A program made the position numbers and the translations under genes. Positions 8,949 to 19,044 of a stretch of 64,000 bases of DNA are shown in pieces; position 1 is the first letter of the stretch; each line of letters opens with the position of its first letter. This DNA is from Halorutilales archaeon Cl-col2-1 (GTDB lineage Archaea; Halobacteriota; Halobacteria; Halobacteriales; Afararchaeaceae): contig CP169074.1 of NCBI GenBank assembly GCA_041891055.1, positions 640,001-704,000 of the forward strand, in the 5' to 3' direction. The notes below the pieces were generated by a model. That model searched no databases and was not told the origin of the DNA. It saw only the letters and a list, made by a program, of their open reading frames with translations.

Positions 8949-9722
8949 ATGGGCACAGGCATGAAGAGGCTCTCCGCCCGTGTTCCGGGGTCGGAGTATC
9001 TACTTCTATCACGGACGTGGGGGTACTCGTTGATCTTCGTCCTTCCACTCATACTCTCATATCAGACGTTGATAATGGTAACATCCGCGTCGGGCGGAAT
9101 ACGTCCCGTGAACGGAGCTGAGGCAGTTCTCGCGTCAATCCTGGGTTTCATAGGAGTTGAGTCTTATGCCGGCTTCTTCTACGTGGTTATAGGCGTCGCA
9201 GTCGTGGGAACCGTCTACGACGTCTTCTACAACGACAGACGAGTGAAGCCGTCTTACTTCGGTGGAATGTTGCTTGAGAGTCTTGTCTACGCTACCTTCT
9301 TCGGATACGCCGTCTCAGTCGTCACGGGAGCCGTGCTTCCGCCCGAGCTAGTCCCCTCCGACGTCTCTGCGGCGATCTCAGGTATAGAGTCGGCTTCGGC
9401 GCTCGACAAGATTCTGATGAGCGTTGGCGCGGGTATATACGAGGAGATAGTCTTCCGGGTGATACTCATCTCGGGAGTCGGACGTCTCGTAGGTCTCGGA
9501 GACAGCCCCGGCTTCGGGGGGTACATCCTCCTAATAGGGATTTCGAGCATAGTCTTCTCGGCGGCACACGTCACGGGAGACCCGTCGGCTCTCTCGCCGT
9601 ACGTCTTTACCTTCCGTGCAGTCGGGGGTGCTGTCTTTGCTCTCGTCTACCTCGTCAGAGGATTCGGCGTAGTGGTCTACACCCACGCATTCTACGACAT
9701 ACTCGTCTTCTTCGTAGGCTGA
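8949..9722 (+). CDS. CPBP (Abi/CAAX-like) intramembrane metalloprotease
   Basis: EEIVFR, FSAAH and HAFYD motifs; multi-TM. Start uncertain (8931/8949/8961). Confidence 0.8.
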   Translation: MGTGMKRLSARVPGSEYLLLSRTWGYSLIFVLPLILSYQTLIMVTSASGGIRPVNGAEAVLASILGFIGVESYAGFFYVVIGVAVVGTVYDVFYNDRRVKPSYFGGMLLESLVYATFFGYAVSVVTGAVLPPELVPSDVSAAISGIESASALDKILMSVGAGIYEEIVFRVILISGVGRLVGLGDSPGFGGYILLIGISSIVFSAAHVTGDPSALSPYVFTFRAVGGAVFALVYLVRGFGVVVYTHAFYDILVFFVG

Positions 9723-9761
9723 ACCGGGAGGCTTACGGGTCACGCGACCGTCTATCGTCTA

Positions 9762-10532
9762 ATGGCGACAAACTCGTGGGACGCTGATCTTTACGACGGC
9801 GGCCATCTCTTTGTAGCCGAGTACGGAGAGGATCTAATGGATCTACTCTCGGTCTCCGAAGGAGAACGCGTACTTGACCTCGGCTGTGGAACCGGTCATC
9901 TCACGAAACAGATACAGACAGAGGCTAAGAACGTCGAGGTTACGGGTCTCGACTCGTCGGAGGAGATGCTCGAAAAGGCGCGCGAAACGTATCCCGGGAT
10001 CGACTTCATCCACGCCGACGCGAGGGACTTCGACACGTCTGGATACGACGCAGTCTTCTCGAACGCCGCTCTTCACTGGATAGACGAGAAAGAACACGAC
10101 GACGTATTAGAGGGGGTCGCCGACTCACTAGTCGACGACGGACGTTTCGTCGCGGAGATGGGAGCGAGGGGGAATGCCGACAGAATCGTAACAGCACTCG
10201 TCAAGCGTCTCTCCGAGAGGGGTTACGACGTGACTAGCCCGTGGTACTTTCCCAGCCTAGGAGAGTACGCGAATCTCCTGGAGAGACACGGCTTTGAGGT
10301 GGGTAAGGCGGTCACCTTCGATCGCCCGACTGCACTCGACGGAGGCGAGGACGGTCTCAGAAACTGGATAGAGATGTTCGGCGACTCGTTCTTCTCAGAC
10401 GTTCCCGACGACGAGAGGAGACGCATCGTCTCGGAGGTTGAGAGTCTTCTCAGAGACGACCTCTTCCACGAGGGCACGGAGTCGTGGATCGCCGACTACC
10501 GCCGTCTCAGGTTCGTGGCGTATAGAAGGTAG
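9762..10532 (+). CDS. Class I SAM-dependent methyltransferase (trans-aconitate methyltransferase-like)
   Basis: VLDLGCGTG, FSNAALHW and DYRRLRF motifs. Confidence 0.85.
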   Translation: MATNSWDADLYDGGHLFVAEYGEDLMDLLSVSEGERVLDLGCGTGHLTKQIQTEAKNVEVTGLDSSEEMLEKARETYPGIDFIHADARDFDTSGYDAVFSNAALHWIDEKEHDDVLEGVADSLVDDGRFVAEMGARGNADRIVTALVKRLSERGYDVTSPWYFPSLGEYANLLERHGFEVGKAVTFDRPTALDGGEDGLRNWIEMFGDSFFSDVPDDERRRIVSEVESLLRDDLFHEGTESWIADYRRLRFVAYRR

Positions 10533-10586
10533 ATAGACGAGCAAGGACAGACTTAATAAGCGAGCCCCGCAGTTTTAGCCAAGAGA

Positions 10587-11324
10587 ATGTTCAAGTCCGT
10601 TATAAACGCTGGAGTCATAAGCTCGGCGATAGACACCGTCGACGTACTCGTTGACGAGTGCAAGGTGAGGCTTGAGGAAGACGGGATCACTATAAAGGCA
10701 GTCGACCCCGCGAACGTCGGAATGGTCGATCTCTCGATCCCCGAGGACTCATTCGAGTCGTACGAGGGCGACGGTCAGGTCATAGGTCTCAACGTGACGC
10801 GTTTCAAGGACATAATCGGGATGGCGAACAAGGGCGACTCGGTCGAGCTCGAACTTGACGACGAGACCCACAAGCTCAAGATACGTATAAACGGTCTGCG
10901 TTACACACTCTCTCTCATAGACGCAGACGCCGTCAGACAGGAGCCTAACGTCCCCGACCTCGACCTGTCGTGTGAGGTAAAGATAGCAGGAAACGAGATC
11001 AAGAGGGGCGTCAAGGCGGCGGGAATGGTGAGCGACCACATGGAGTTCGGGGTCGAGGGCGGCGACTTCTTCATGCACGCAGAGGGGGACACCGATGACG
11101 TACGTGTCGATCTCCCGGAGGACGAGATAATAGGGATCGAGGGCGAGGAGGCACGTTCGCTTTTCTCTCTCGATTACCTCGACGACATGTCGAAGGCTAT
11201 ACCCAACGACGCCGAGGTCAGGATGGAGATTGGGGTCGACTACCCCGTCAAGATGCATTTCGACATAGCAGACGGCGAGGGTCACGTCACATACCTCCTC
11301 GCACCACGTATAGAGAACGAGTAA
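10587..11324 (+). CDS. pcn: DNA polymerase sliding clamp PCNA
   Basis: AVDPANVGMVDL, SLFSLDYL and C-terminal YLLAPRIE; 245 aa. Confidence 0.95.
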   Translation: MFKSVINAGVISSAIDTVDVLVDECKVRLEEDGITIKAVDPANVGMVDLSIPEDSFESYEGDGQVIGLNVTRFKDIIGMANKGDSVELELDDETHKLKIRINGLRYTLSLIDADAVRQEPNVPDLDLSCEVKIAGNEIKRGVKAAGMVSDHMEFGVEGGDFFMHAEGDTDDVRVDLPEDEIIGIEGEEARSLFSLDYLDDMSKAIPNDAEVRMEIGVDYPVKMHFDIADGEGHVTYLLAPRIENE

Positions 11325-11342
11325 GCGCCGAGTAGAGTAGTC

Positions 11343-12449
11343 ATGTCCGTATCAGTACCGATACTCTACGCGCGTTACCCGTTTCTTGAGGGTGCTTCGG
11401 ACACCGTAGAAGAAAGAGTCGACTCGTTCGCCGACCTCGTCTCCGATCCTGTTCTCGAAAGAGCGGAAGAACGCGTTACGCTCGCAGTCGAGGAGAAGAC
11501 AGTCGGCGACATAACCAAGCCCGCGACGACGGAACTTTTCTCGTACCCCGTCGCGCGCGCCGTCGTGAGCGTAGTCGACGACGAGATGTTAACTAGGAGG
11601 TACGCGTGGGCGGAGGCTTCTACGGCTTACGACAGGATAAAGGACGACCTGAGGTCGTCAGAGTCTTTCGGAAGCGTCGAGTCGGCGCGTCTGAGCCTCG
11701 GAGACCTGATAGACGAGTTCGGTCTGGAAGTGGGGGAGATCGACGGCGGATACGAGATACGTCTCGACGACTACCTCGAACTCGCCTCGGGTCTCTCCGA
11801 CAAGAGATGGAAGCTCGTCAACAGGACGGTCGACGACGGCTGGGTAAGGATAGACACGAACGGGATTCTGATACTCGTGAGGGAGGCGATCAGACGTCGG
11901 GTAGAGGACGAACTGCCTCTGAGTATACCGAGAGACGTCGAGGCTCTCGTCTCGGATGCCGTCGAGTCGGTGAGAGAAATCCTCTCAGAAGCCTCCTTCT
12001 CGCGCGAAATAGACGAGGTCGACGAGGACGAGTTCCCGCCGTGTATGAAGACTCTCTTAGCCGAGGTGCGTGAGGGCGAGCATCTCGAACACCACTCGCG
12101 GTTCGCTATAACTACTTTCCTCACCAACATCGGGATGTCGGTCGACGAGATAATAGAGACCTACGAGGTCAATCCCGGATTCGGCGAGGAGATGACGCGG
12201 TACCAGGCTAGCCACATACAGGGTGAGACGAGTCCGACTGAGTACACTACGCCGTCTTGCGCGACAATGGTGACATACGGCGACTGCCGGAACAAGGACG
12301 ACCTATGTGACAAGATTAGCCATCCGCTGGAGTACTACAGGAGACGTCTCGACGCGAAGGAAGAAGAGGACGTGGGAGACGAAGACAACGACTCGAAAGA
12401 TACCTCCACCGGTAAGACGAACGGTGAGTCAGAGGATGACGAAGACTGA
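11343..12449 (+). CDS. priL: DNA primase large subunit
   Basis: ARYPFL, ELFSYPVAR, FPPCM, HHSRFA and YTTPSC...C...C Fe-S motifs; follows pcn. Confidence 0.92.
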   Translation: MSVSVPILYARYPFLEGASDTVEERVDSFADLVSDPVLERAEERVTLAVEEKTVGDITKPATTELFSYPVARAVVSVVDDEMLTRRYAWAEASTAYDRIKDDLRSSESFGSVESARLSLGDLIDEFGLEVGEIDGGYEIRLDDYLELASGLSDKRWKLVNRTVDDGWVRIDTNGILILVREAIRRRVEDELPLSIPRDVEALVSDAVESVREILSEASFSREIDEVDEDEFPPCMKTLLAEVREGEHLEHHSRFAITTFLTNIGMSVDEIIETYEVNPGFGEEMTRYQASHIQGETSPTEYTTPSCATMVTYGDCRNKDDLCDKISHPLEYYRRRLDAKEEEDVGDEDNDSKDTSTGKTNGESEDDED

Positions 12450-12460
12450 GACAGCTACGG

Positions 12461-12646
12461 CTATGAGTAGCTCCTCTTAGATATTCCTATTCCCGTGAGG
12501 GTCGAGAGTGCCACGAAGACGAGTAGTGAGGCTAAGAGTCCCCACGACTTCATACCGGGTTCGAGTGACTCAGACACTACGAGTAACGCTACGAAGACTA
12601 TCGTCACGATAAGAGTCGTAGCTACGCTGAACTTGAGATCCGTCAT
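12461..12646 (-). CDS. Small two-TM membrane protein (61 aa)
   Basis: MTDLKFSVATTLIVTIVFVALL...WGLLASLLVFVALSTLTGIGI: two hydrophobic helices. ATG at 12646. Confidence 0.6.
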   Translation of the reverse strand: MTDLKFSVATTLIVTIVFVALLVVSESLEPGMKSWGLLASLLVFVALSTLTGIGISKRSYS

Positions 12647-12755
12647 CGTGTCATTTGAGTTTCGAGTTTCCGAACATAAGAATACCGTTCTGGCTTCGTT
12701 GCCATACTCCACACAACCTATATATAGGTTGAGAACTCAGGTTGTGACGAGACAG

Positions 12756-13178
12756 ATGAACTGTCCGGGATGTGGAGAGGAAATCTATGAGGAGGAACTC
12801 ATAGACGGCGACTGTCCTCTCTGCGGCGAGACCGTCAGACACGATCAGACCGGGAGAGAACTACCGACCGAAACCGAAGCGGAGGCGGAGCCCAAGACCG
12901 AGGAGGCTCTTGAGAGAATAGTCGGTATCTTCGAAGGCGGAACCGACTCGTTACTAGACCCGATCGAGGACACCGAGAGTAAGAGACGTTACGTCCTCGA
13001 AGTTCCGCCCTCAATCCTCGACAGGCTCAGACCCAAGAGATGTGACGCGTGCGAGAGATGGCATCTCAAGATAGGCAGGAAGGAGTACGACGTGCTTTTA
13101 GAGGGTAACACTGGAGAGGTCGACATAAACTACTACTGCGTCCTGTGTGATCCATCCGAACCCGGGTCGGACGACTGA
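12756..13178 (+). CDS. Hypothetical double zinc-finger protein (140 aa)
   Basis: CPGC-x13-CPLC at the N-terminus and CDAC...CVLC at the C-terminus; acidic. ATG at 12756 follows an AT-rich TATA-like tract. Confidence 0.7.
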   Translation: MNCPGCGEEIYEEELIDGDCPLCGETVRHDQTGRELPTETEAEAEPKTEEALERIVGIFEGGTDSLLDPIEDTESKRRYVLEVPPSILDRLRPKRCDACERWHLKIGRKEYDVLLEGNTGEVDINYYCVLCDPSEPGSDD

Positions 13179-13193
13179 GAAAGAAGAAAGAGA

Positions 13194-15551
13194 TCAGATT
13201 CTACATCTCTGTCCCGAGTCTATGACCTTTACGACAGTGAGGACTGCGGGGAGTACCACAAAGCCCGCAAACAGTGAGAAGGCTATCGCGAAGACAGTCG
13301 TCCATCCGAAGTTCGCAAGCACGGGGAACCTCGACAGGAGGAGGACTCCGAATCCCGTGATCGTCGTGAGTCCCGATCCGAGTATTGGACGTGAGAGCTT
13401 TCCTATCGCCGTCTCTATGGCGTCGAAGGGTGTCGCTCCGTGTTCTATCATCTCCTCCTCGAACCTCTCGTAGATATGTATTCCGTAGTCAATTCCTATT
13501 CCGAGAGTCAGCGACGACATCGTAACCGTGAGAGGGTTCCACGGAACTCCCGCTACGAACATTCCTCCGGTGACGAGTAATGCCGCGCTGGCTGCGACCC
13601 CGAGGACGAGTATCGCGCTCACGCGGAGCGACTTGAATGTGATCGTGAGGAATATCAGACCGAGACTGAAGCTCAGGAGTGTCATAGGTGTCAGACCCGC
13701 AGTGACGTTCTCTATGACATTCCTATTTAGGACGGGCTTGCCCGTTATACGTACGTCGCCGTCCTTTATCGTCATCTCGGCGTTTCCCTCGAACTCGTCT
13801 ATGAGTGTCCTGACCTCCTCGCCCGCGACATCGTCGACGTAGAAGGCAATCCTCATCTGTGTCGGCTTGTCGTCGGGGTCTTCTATTCCGAGTGTCTCCA
13901 TCTTCGTGAGACGGCTCAGGGACGAGTCGAGACGGTACTGACTCTCAGGAAGCCTGCCGCCGTTTAGCATCTTAGTCTTAGTGACGGGACTAAGAGCCGA
14001 GTTGACGTTGGGATTCTCCGACATAAGACGCTGGTACTCCGAGATCTCACGGAACTTCTCGGGAGTGTAGACATCGCCACCCTCGACGACTGCGTACATG
14101 ACCTTGGGGCTCTCGACGTTATTTTCGAGGAAGGTGAGGTCGTTCTTAGCTTCGAGGTTCTGAGGCCAGAAGTCCATCATCTCCTGTTTGGGCTCGACCT
14201 GTGGGTACGCCCACGCTCCACCTAAGACGAGTACTAAGACGACTGCGAGTGTGAGCTTCGGCTTGTGGCAGATCACGTCGCCCGTGAACCTCTCGAAGAA
14301 CGACTCGACAGGGTCTGGGTCTACTTCGTCTTCGTCTCCGTCTCTTTCGCCTCCGTCGGCTGCGGCGACGGATCTCTGAGGCGTGTCGGTCGTGTCACGG
14401 CTGTCGAACTTGACGAGGAGAGCGGGGAGAAGCGTCACCGAGAGTAACATGCTCGCCAGGACGCTTGACGCACTCGTCACGCCGAACTGTCTCACGGGAG
14501 GCACGCTCGATATGAAGAGCGACCCGAGACCTATCACAGTGGTTCCCATAGCGAGAAGTATCGCCCTTCCGGTTGTCCTCGCCGACATCCCGGCGGCATC
14601 GACGGGGCTCCTGCCGTTTTCCCTCTCCTCGGTGTATCTCGTCTGTATCTGGAGACCGTAGTCGATTCCGAGACCGAGGGCTATCGGCATCACACCGAGC
14701 ATTATGGCGTTGAAGTCGTATCCGAGGACTCCCATGACTCCCATCATCGTCATAAGGGCTGCCATCGTCATTCCGAGAGGGAAGACGACGTGCCAGCCTT
14801 TCTCTATCTTGTTTCTCATTATGAGATAGACGACGAGGAATATCATACCGAAGGCTCCCGCAAACAGCATTATCATCTCGGGAAGCATCAGACCGAATGC
14901 GGCGTTCTCGAAGACTGGCTGCCCCGTAACCGTGACGGTCATACCGGGTGGCGTCTCGACGAACTGTGTCTCCGACTCGAACTCGGAGTAGATTATGTCG
15001 GAGCCACGTCTAGGCATGAAGTTGCCCGTCTTGAGCGTGTCGACGTTTCCGTAGGGAGCAAGGAGTACGGTCATGTCGTTCCTGGGCACGAGGTTGTCGA
15101 CGACATCCGCGGAGCCCGAACCGTAGTTTCTGACTCGGTCTATCGACTGTCTGACTCCGTACTCCGTCTGAGGCATCTCGCCGTCGTTCCCCATACGGAC
15201 TATGTCGGCGAGACTCGTGACCCCCTTGACGTTGTCGACTGACGAGTACCTCTTGTCAAGCCTGTCTATCGCACGTATCGTCTCGGGGTCGTAGAGGTCG
15301 TCCGACTCGACTACTACGAAGACGTTGTTGCCCTCGTCGAATTCCTCCTTGAGATGTGACCAGTCGTCCCACGTCTCCGACTCCTCCTCTATGTAGAGGC
15401 TCATTCCCATCTGCATCTGTATCGACGACGCCGCCGACGCCGCCGAGATGACGAGGACTACGGCGACTATCCCGAAGACTATACGTTGGTTTTCAGATGA
15501 GAACCGTCCTACGTCTTCGAGTACGTCCTTTACTTTTTCCTCTAGGCTCAT
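13194..15551 (-). CDS. RND-superfamily (MMPL/HAE3-type) transporter
   Basis: Duplicated halves, each with G(L/I)GIDYG; about 12 TMs with two extracytoplasmic loops. Confidence 0.88.
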   Translation of the reverse strand: MSLEEKVKDVLEDVGRFSSENQRIVFGIVAVVLVISAASAASSIQMQMGMSLYIEEESETWDDWSHLKEEFDEGNNVFVVVESDDLYDPETIRAIDRLDKRYSSVDNVKGVTSLADIVRMGNDGEMPQTEYGVRQSIDRVRNYGSGSADVVDNLVPRNDMTVLLAPYGNVDTLKTGNFMPRRGSDIIYSEFESETQFVETPPGMTVTVTGQPVFENAAFGLMLPEMIMLFAGAFGMIFLVVYLIMRNKIEKGWHVVFPLGMTMAALMTMMGVMGVLGYDFNAIMLGVMPIALGLGIDYGLQIQTRYTEERENGRSPVDAAGMSARTTGRAILLAMGTTVIGLGSLFISSVPPVRQFGVTSASSVLASMLLSVTLLPALLVKFDSRDTTDTPQRSVAAADGGERDGDEDEVDPDPVESFFERFTGDVICHKPKLTLAVVLVLVLGGAWAYPQVEPKQEMMDFWPQNLEAKNDLTFLENNVESPKVMYAVVEGGDVYTPEKFREISEYQRLMSENPNVNSALSPVTKTKMLNGGRLPESQYRLDSSLSRLTKMETLGIEDPDDKPTQMRIAFYVDDVAGEEVRTLIDEFEGNAEMTIKDGDVRITGKPVLNRNVIENVTAGLTPMTLLSFSLGLIFLTITFKSLRVSAILVLGVAASAALLVTGGMFVAGVPWNPLTVTMSSLTLGIGIDYGIHIYERFEEEMIEHGATPFDAIETAIGKLSRPILGSGLTTITGFGVLLLSRFPVLANFGWTTVFAIAFSLFAGFVVLPAVLTVVKVIDSGQRCRI

Positions 15552-15583
15552 TGTGTGGTAGGTAAGATGGATGTAGCCTGATC

Positions 15584-17197
15584 TTATAGACCTACGAGAC
15601 CGAGTAGGCTACCCAGGAGTCCGCCGCCTCCCTGGGTGACTCTTACGGGAGCCTTCTGTATGTCGGTCACGACCTTGTCACCGAAGGCGTTGTCGTACTT
15701 GATAGCCATGTCGACTGAGTACTCCTTCGGGGTAGCCGAGCTCGCGACGCTGACCTTGTAGGTCACAGTAGTACTCTCACCGGGTTCGAGGTCGCCTATG
15801 TAGGCAGTGTCGTCGTCTGTCGAGAACGGCGTGTCGACGTTCATCCTCGCAACGGCGTCTCTGTAGACACCCTCACCCGTGTTCTCTATCTCGACCTCGA
15901 CAGTGTCGGTAGCCCCGGCTTCTATCTCAGGAGTATTGAGGACGTCGAAGGTCATCTCAGGACCGACGTCTACTGAGACAGTGTTGACGTCGGAGGTCGT
16001 CTTCTCGTCGAAGTAGTCGTAGTACTCAACCGCGAAGTCGAGCGAGTAGTCTTGGGGAACCGCCCTGTCGACTACCTCCGCCTTGAAGCTCGCGTTTGCG
16101 GTCTCACCGGCTTCGAGATCACCAAGGCTTGCCGTGGTCGAGACAGGTACGAAGGGCTCTGTCGGATGCATTACAAGTTTGGCGTTGTCGACCGAGGTGT
16201 CAGCCTCATTAGTGACCTCGACGTTGACCTGTCCCATTGAGTTGACGTAGAGATCGGTCGATGACGCCGACATGTCGAACTTGATCTCTTCGTCAACCTC
16301 GGCTGTTCCAGTCTTGACGTCCGACTGTCGTGCGACACCGTTCTCGTCCTCGTACGAGACGCGGAAGTTGACGGGGTATCTACCCGCGACTGCCTTAGAG
16401 CCGACTTTGACACGGAAGTCAAAGGTCTTCTCCTGCCCTGGCTCTAAGCTGCCGACCGACTTCGAGTTGTCCTCCGAGGTTATGGGACTGCTGTCGACTA
16501 TCTGGAGCGTGGCGTCGTGTGCGGTCTCGTGTCCCTCGTTACGTACTGTCGCGGTTATACTGCCCTCACTGTCGACCCTGAGTGACTCCGACTCCATATC
16601 TACTACGTCGAGGTCGAATGTCGAGTCTACACGTACGGTGATATACTCGGTCTCTGTCTTCTCGTTCCTTATGATCTGGTAAGACGAGTCACGCGCGACC
16701 GAGTCGACGCTCATGTAAGTGACGTACTCGTAGTCGATCTCGACAGGGAGTCTGTAAGTACCCGGTGTGGCGTTCTCGTCGACCTCCATCATCACTCCGA
16801 CGGATGAACCTCTCGAAGGCGTCACAGTGCCCGCTGACTGGGTGTCAGATCTTATGTCTACGGGAGCGTCACCGCTTCTGACGTCGACCCTCGTGGTTAT
16901 CGCCGCGCCGGGCGTCGACGTATACCGGTTGCCTATGATCTGTGATAGCTCCTGTATTCCGTTAGGAGTCTCGGCTATCGTACTACCCCTATTCTGTACG
17001 TCGATCCTGAGACGAGTTGTCTCTCCCGGATCTACGACGTTTGACTCACTTCCTATGCTCGTCATCAGGTCGGGCTCGTCGTAACGCACGCTCTCCTGGG
17101 CTCCTAATGCGGGAGCGGAGACGAGAACAACCGCCGAAACTACCACTGCTAGAACTACTGCGCCGTGTCTCAGAGCTGAGTTCATCTTGGATTTCAT
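15584..17197 (-). CDS. Secreted Ig-like repeat protein (COG1361 S-layer-domain family), partner of the RND gene
   Basis: Signal peptide, repeated GxLxPGE/Y-x-V beta-sandwich motifs, hydrophobic C-terminal tail. Start uncertain (17185/17197). Confidence 0.78.
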   Translation of the reverse strand: MKSKMNSALRHGAVVLAVVVSAVVLVSAPALGAQESVRYDEPDLMTSIGSESNVVDPGETTRLRIDVQNRGSTIAETPNGIQELSQIIGNRYTSTPGAAITTRVDVRSGDAPVDIRSDTQSAGTVTPSRGSSVGVMMEVDENATPGTYRLPVEIDYEYVTYMSVDSVARDSSYQIIRNEKTETEYITVRVDSTFDLDVVDMESESLRVDSEGSITATVRNEGHETAHDATLQIVDSSPITSEDNSKSVGSLEPGQEKTFDFRVKVGSKAVAGRYPVNFRVSYEDENGVARQSDVKTGTAEVDEEIKFDMSASSTDLYVNSMGQVNVEVTNEADTSVDNAKLVMHPTEPFVPVSTTASLGDLEAGETANASFKAEVVDRAVPQDYSLDFAVEYYDYFDEKTTSDVNTVSVDVGPEMTFDVLNTPEIEAGATDTVEVEIENTGEGVYRDAVARMNVDTPFSTDDDTAYIGDLEPGESTTVTYKVSVASSATPKEYSVDMAIKYDNAFGDKVVTDIQKAPVRVTQGGGGLLGSLLGLVGL

Positions 17198-17291
17198 AGC
17201 TTGGTGAAGATTGTACAATTCTTTGTCTGAAATAGCTCTCCCAGGTATATATACTATACGTGTTCTTCAATTCTTCTGAGAAACCGCGGCT

Positions 17292-17762
17292 CTACTCCAT
17301 CAGGTCGATGTAGTTGAAGAGCGTCGTGTTAGCGAACTCGACCGTCTTACGTGTCTCTATTAGGTCGTTGACGAAACGATCCTTTCCAAGAGCGTCGTGG
17401 TAGACGAGGCGTGAGACGTCTATGTAGTCGAGATCCTCGAAGTCGCCACCGTACTCGAAAGTTCCACGTTTCTGAAAGAGGAATCTCTCTAGCTTCGTCT
17501 TGAGTTCGGTCGTCTGTCTGTCGTCGAGTCCGGCTACCGCATCGCGCTGTTCGTCGTCGAGTACGAGACGTGAGACTATGTCTATCTTGTCGGACCCCTC
17601 GTTCGTCTTGAGGACGTGGAGGTTGAACTCACCCATCCTGACTGAGAAGTTAAAGACACTGTGTTCGTCGTCGACCTCTTCGTGTTCGATGGCTTCCTCG
17701 GTGAGCCATCTTTCTACTGTTTCTCTGACCTCGGCGTCTGACGAGTCTGAGTCTATGGACAT
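17292..17762 (-). CDS. Hypothetical protein (DUF2299-like)
   Basis: Acidic 156-aa ORF with VERWLTEE...FNF...IDVSRLVYHDALGKDRF pattern. Confidence 0.6.
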   Translation of the reverse strand: MSIDSDSSDAEVRETVERWLTEEAIEHEEVDDEHSVFNFSVRMGEFNLHVLKTNEGSDKIDIVSRLVLDDEQRDAVAGLDDRQTTELKTKLERFLFQKRGTFEYGGDFEDLDYIDVSRLVYHDALGKDRFVNDLIETRKTVEFANTTLFNYIDLME

Positions 17763-17820
17763 AGAGGGAGATTATCTATCAGACGTAAAAGACCTGCTAT
17801 ATAATAGGCGGAGACTGTGT

Positions 17821-19044
17821 TCAGAGAGGCTTAATCCTGTCACCGTTAGTTGGGTAGCACATTCCGTCCATCAGGAGATGTTCGAGAGTCTCGTCGGCGA
17901 CCTCCTCGTCTATCCCCGACTCTACCGCGCGTGAGATTATGGTCGACCTCTCAACACCCTCGTCGCCGTTCTCCTCTTCTATTATCCCCATGACGACAGA
18001 CTCTGGACTGTCCGAAGCCTCGGTGTCATCTTTCTCAGCGTATTCACCGGTAGATTCCTCGGCTTCCTCCGTGGATTCGTCCTCGTAGCCAGCATCAGTG
18101 TCCTCTCCCGACTCTATCTCGGTCGCACTCTGGAACTCCGATCCGAACTCCTCCTCGACTGCTTCCCTCTCACCCTCATCCCAGTCCCAGTCGGGCTCGT
18201 CTTCGAAGTCAATATCGGCTTCGGTCTCCGTCTCCGAGGCTGAGACTGACTCCGTCTCGTCAGTGTCGGTCTCTGCCGCTCCGTGTGAGTCTATCTCTTT
18301 CTCGTCGGAGCTCGAAGCCGTAGGCTCAGCTTGTGCATCTGTCTCAGCCGAAGTCTCTTCCTCAGTCTTGGATTCAAGCTCGGTATCTGCCAGTCTCTCT
18401 TCCTCTTCGCCCTCGGCAGTATCCGTATCTGCGATCTCTTCGAGAGCATCGAGACATTCACGTCTGAGCGAGTCGAGGTACTGAGTGTCGGTTCCATACT
18501 CGTCTATCGCCATCTTGACATCGGCGTCCTCGCCCTCGCCTTCTAACACCGACTCGACGTTTTCTATTCTACTGAGGCTTCTCTCGGCTGTGTTGACGAC
18601 CCATCTGTCACGTGTCTCGGAGTCGACCTCGCTGACTTCCTCGGGACGGACGCTCGTGTAGACCTCGTCAGAGTCGTCGGGTTCGTAGGTTCTCGCCTTC
18701 CCTACGACCGCGACGAACGACGGAACATCGGCCTCCGAGAAGAAGTTCATAGCGTCGGGCTGATACTGTCCGGCGTAGACGACGAATGCGCCGGTCGGAT
18801 CAGCTATCCTCGCTCTATAAAGGTCGTCGTCGAGTCTCTCGACCTCGGTGACGACCCCTACGATGAAGAGACGGTTAACCTTCGCCCCGGTCGGCGTGAG
18901 GACGTAGTTGGGGGCACGGTCACCCTCGCCCTGTTTGAACGAGTAAGTCGAGTCATCGTACTCCGTGGCGAAGAGACGCCATGCGACCTCCCTGTTGAAG
19001 CCGTTCGACGTCTCCGTACGGTTCTGTGTCTGTGTTTCACTCAT
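17821..19044 (-). CDS. RPA-associated OB-fold protein with acidic linker and C-terminal wHTH
   Basis: REVAWRLFATE, RAPNYVLTPTGAKVNRLFIVG, DPTGAFVVYAGQYQP; directly downstream of the RPA gene. Confidence 0.85.
   Translation of the reverse strand: MSETQTQNRTETSNGFNREVAWRLFATEYDDSTYSFKQGEGDRAPNYVLTPTGAKVNRLFIVGVVTEVERLDDDLYRARIADPTGAFVVYAGQYQPDAMNFFSEADVPSFVAVVGKARTYEPDDSDEVYTSVRPEEVSEVDSETRDRWVVNTAERSLSRIENVESVLEGEGEDADVKMAIDEYGTDTQYLDSLRRECLDALEEIADTDTAEGEEEERLADTELESKTEEETSAETDAQAEPTASSSDEKEIDSHGAAETDTDETESVSASETETEADIDFEDEPDWDWDEGEREAVEEEFGSEFQSATEIESGEDTDAGYEDESTEEAEESTGEYAEKDDTEASDSPESVVMGIIEEENGDEGVERSTIISRAVESGIDEEVADETLEHLLMDGMCYPTNGDRIKPL

Noticed and set aside
17990-18430. Acidic low-complexity tract in the RPA-associated protein (also the E2 and NosL linkers)
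   Set aside because: These are ordinary disordered linkers of halophilic proteins with no DNA-level tandem periodicity.
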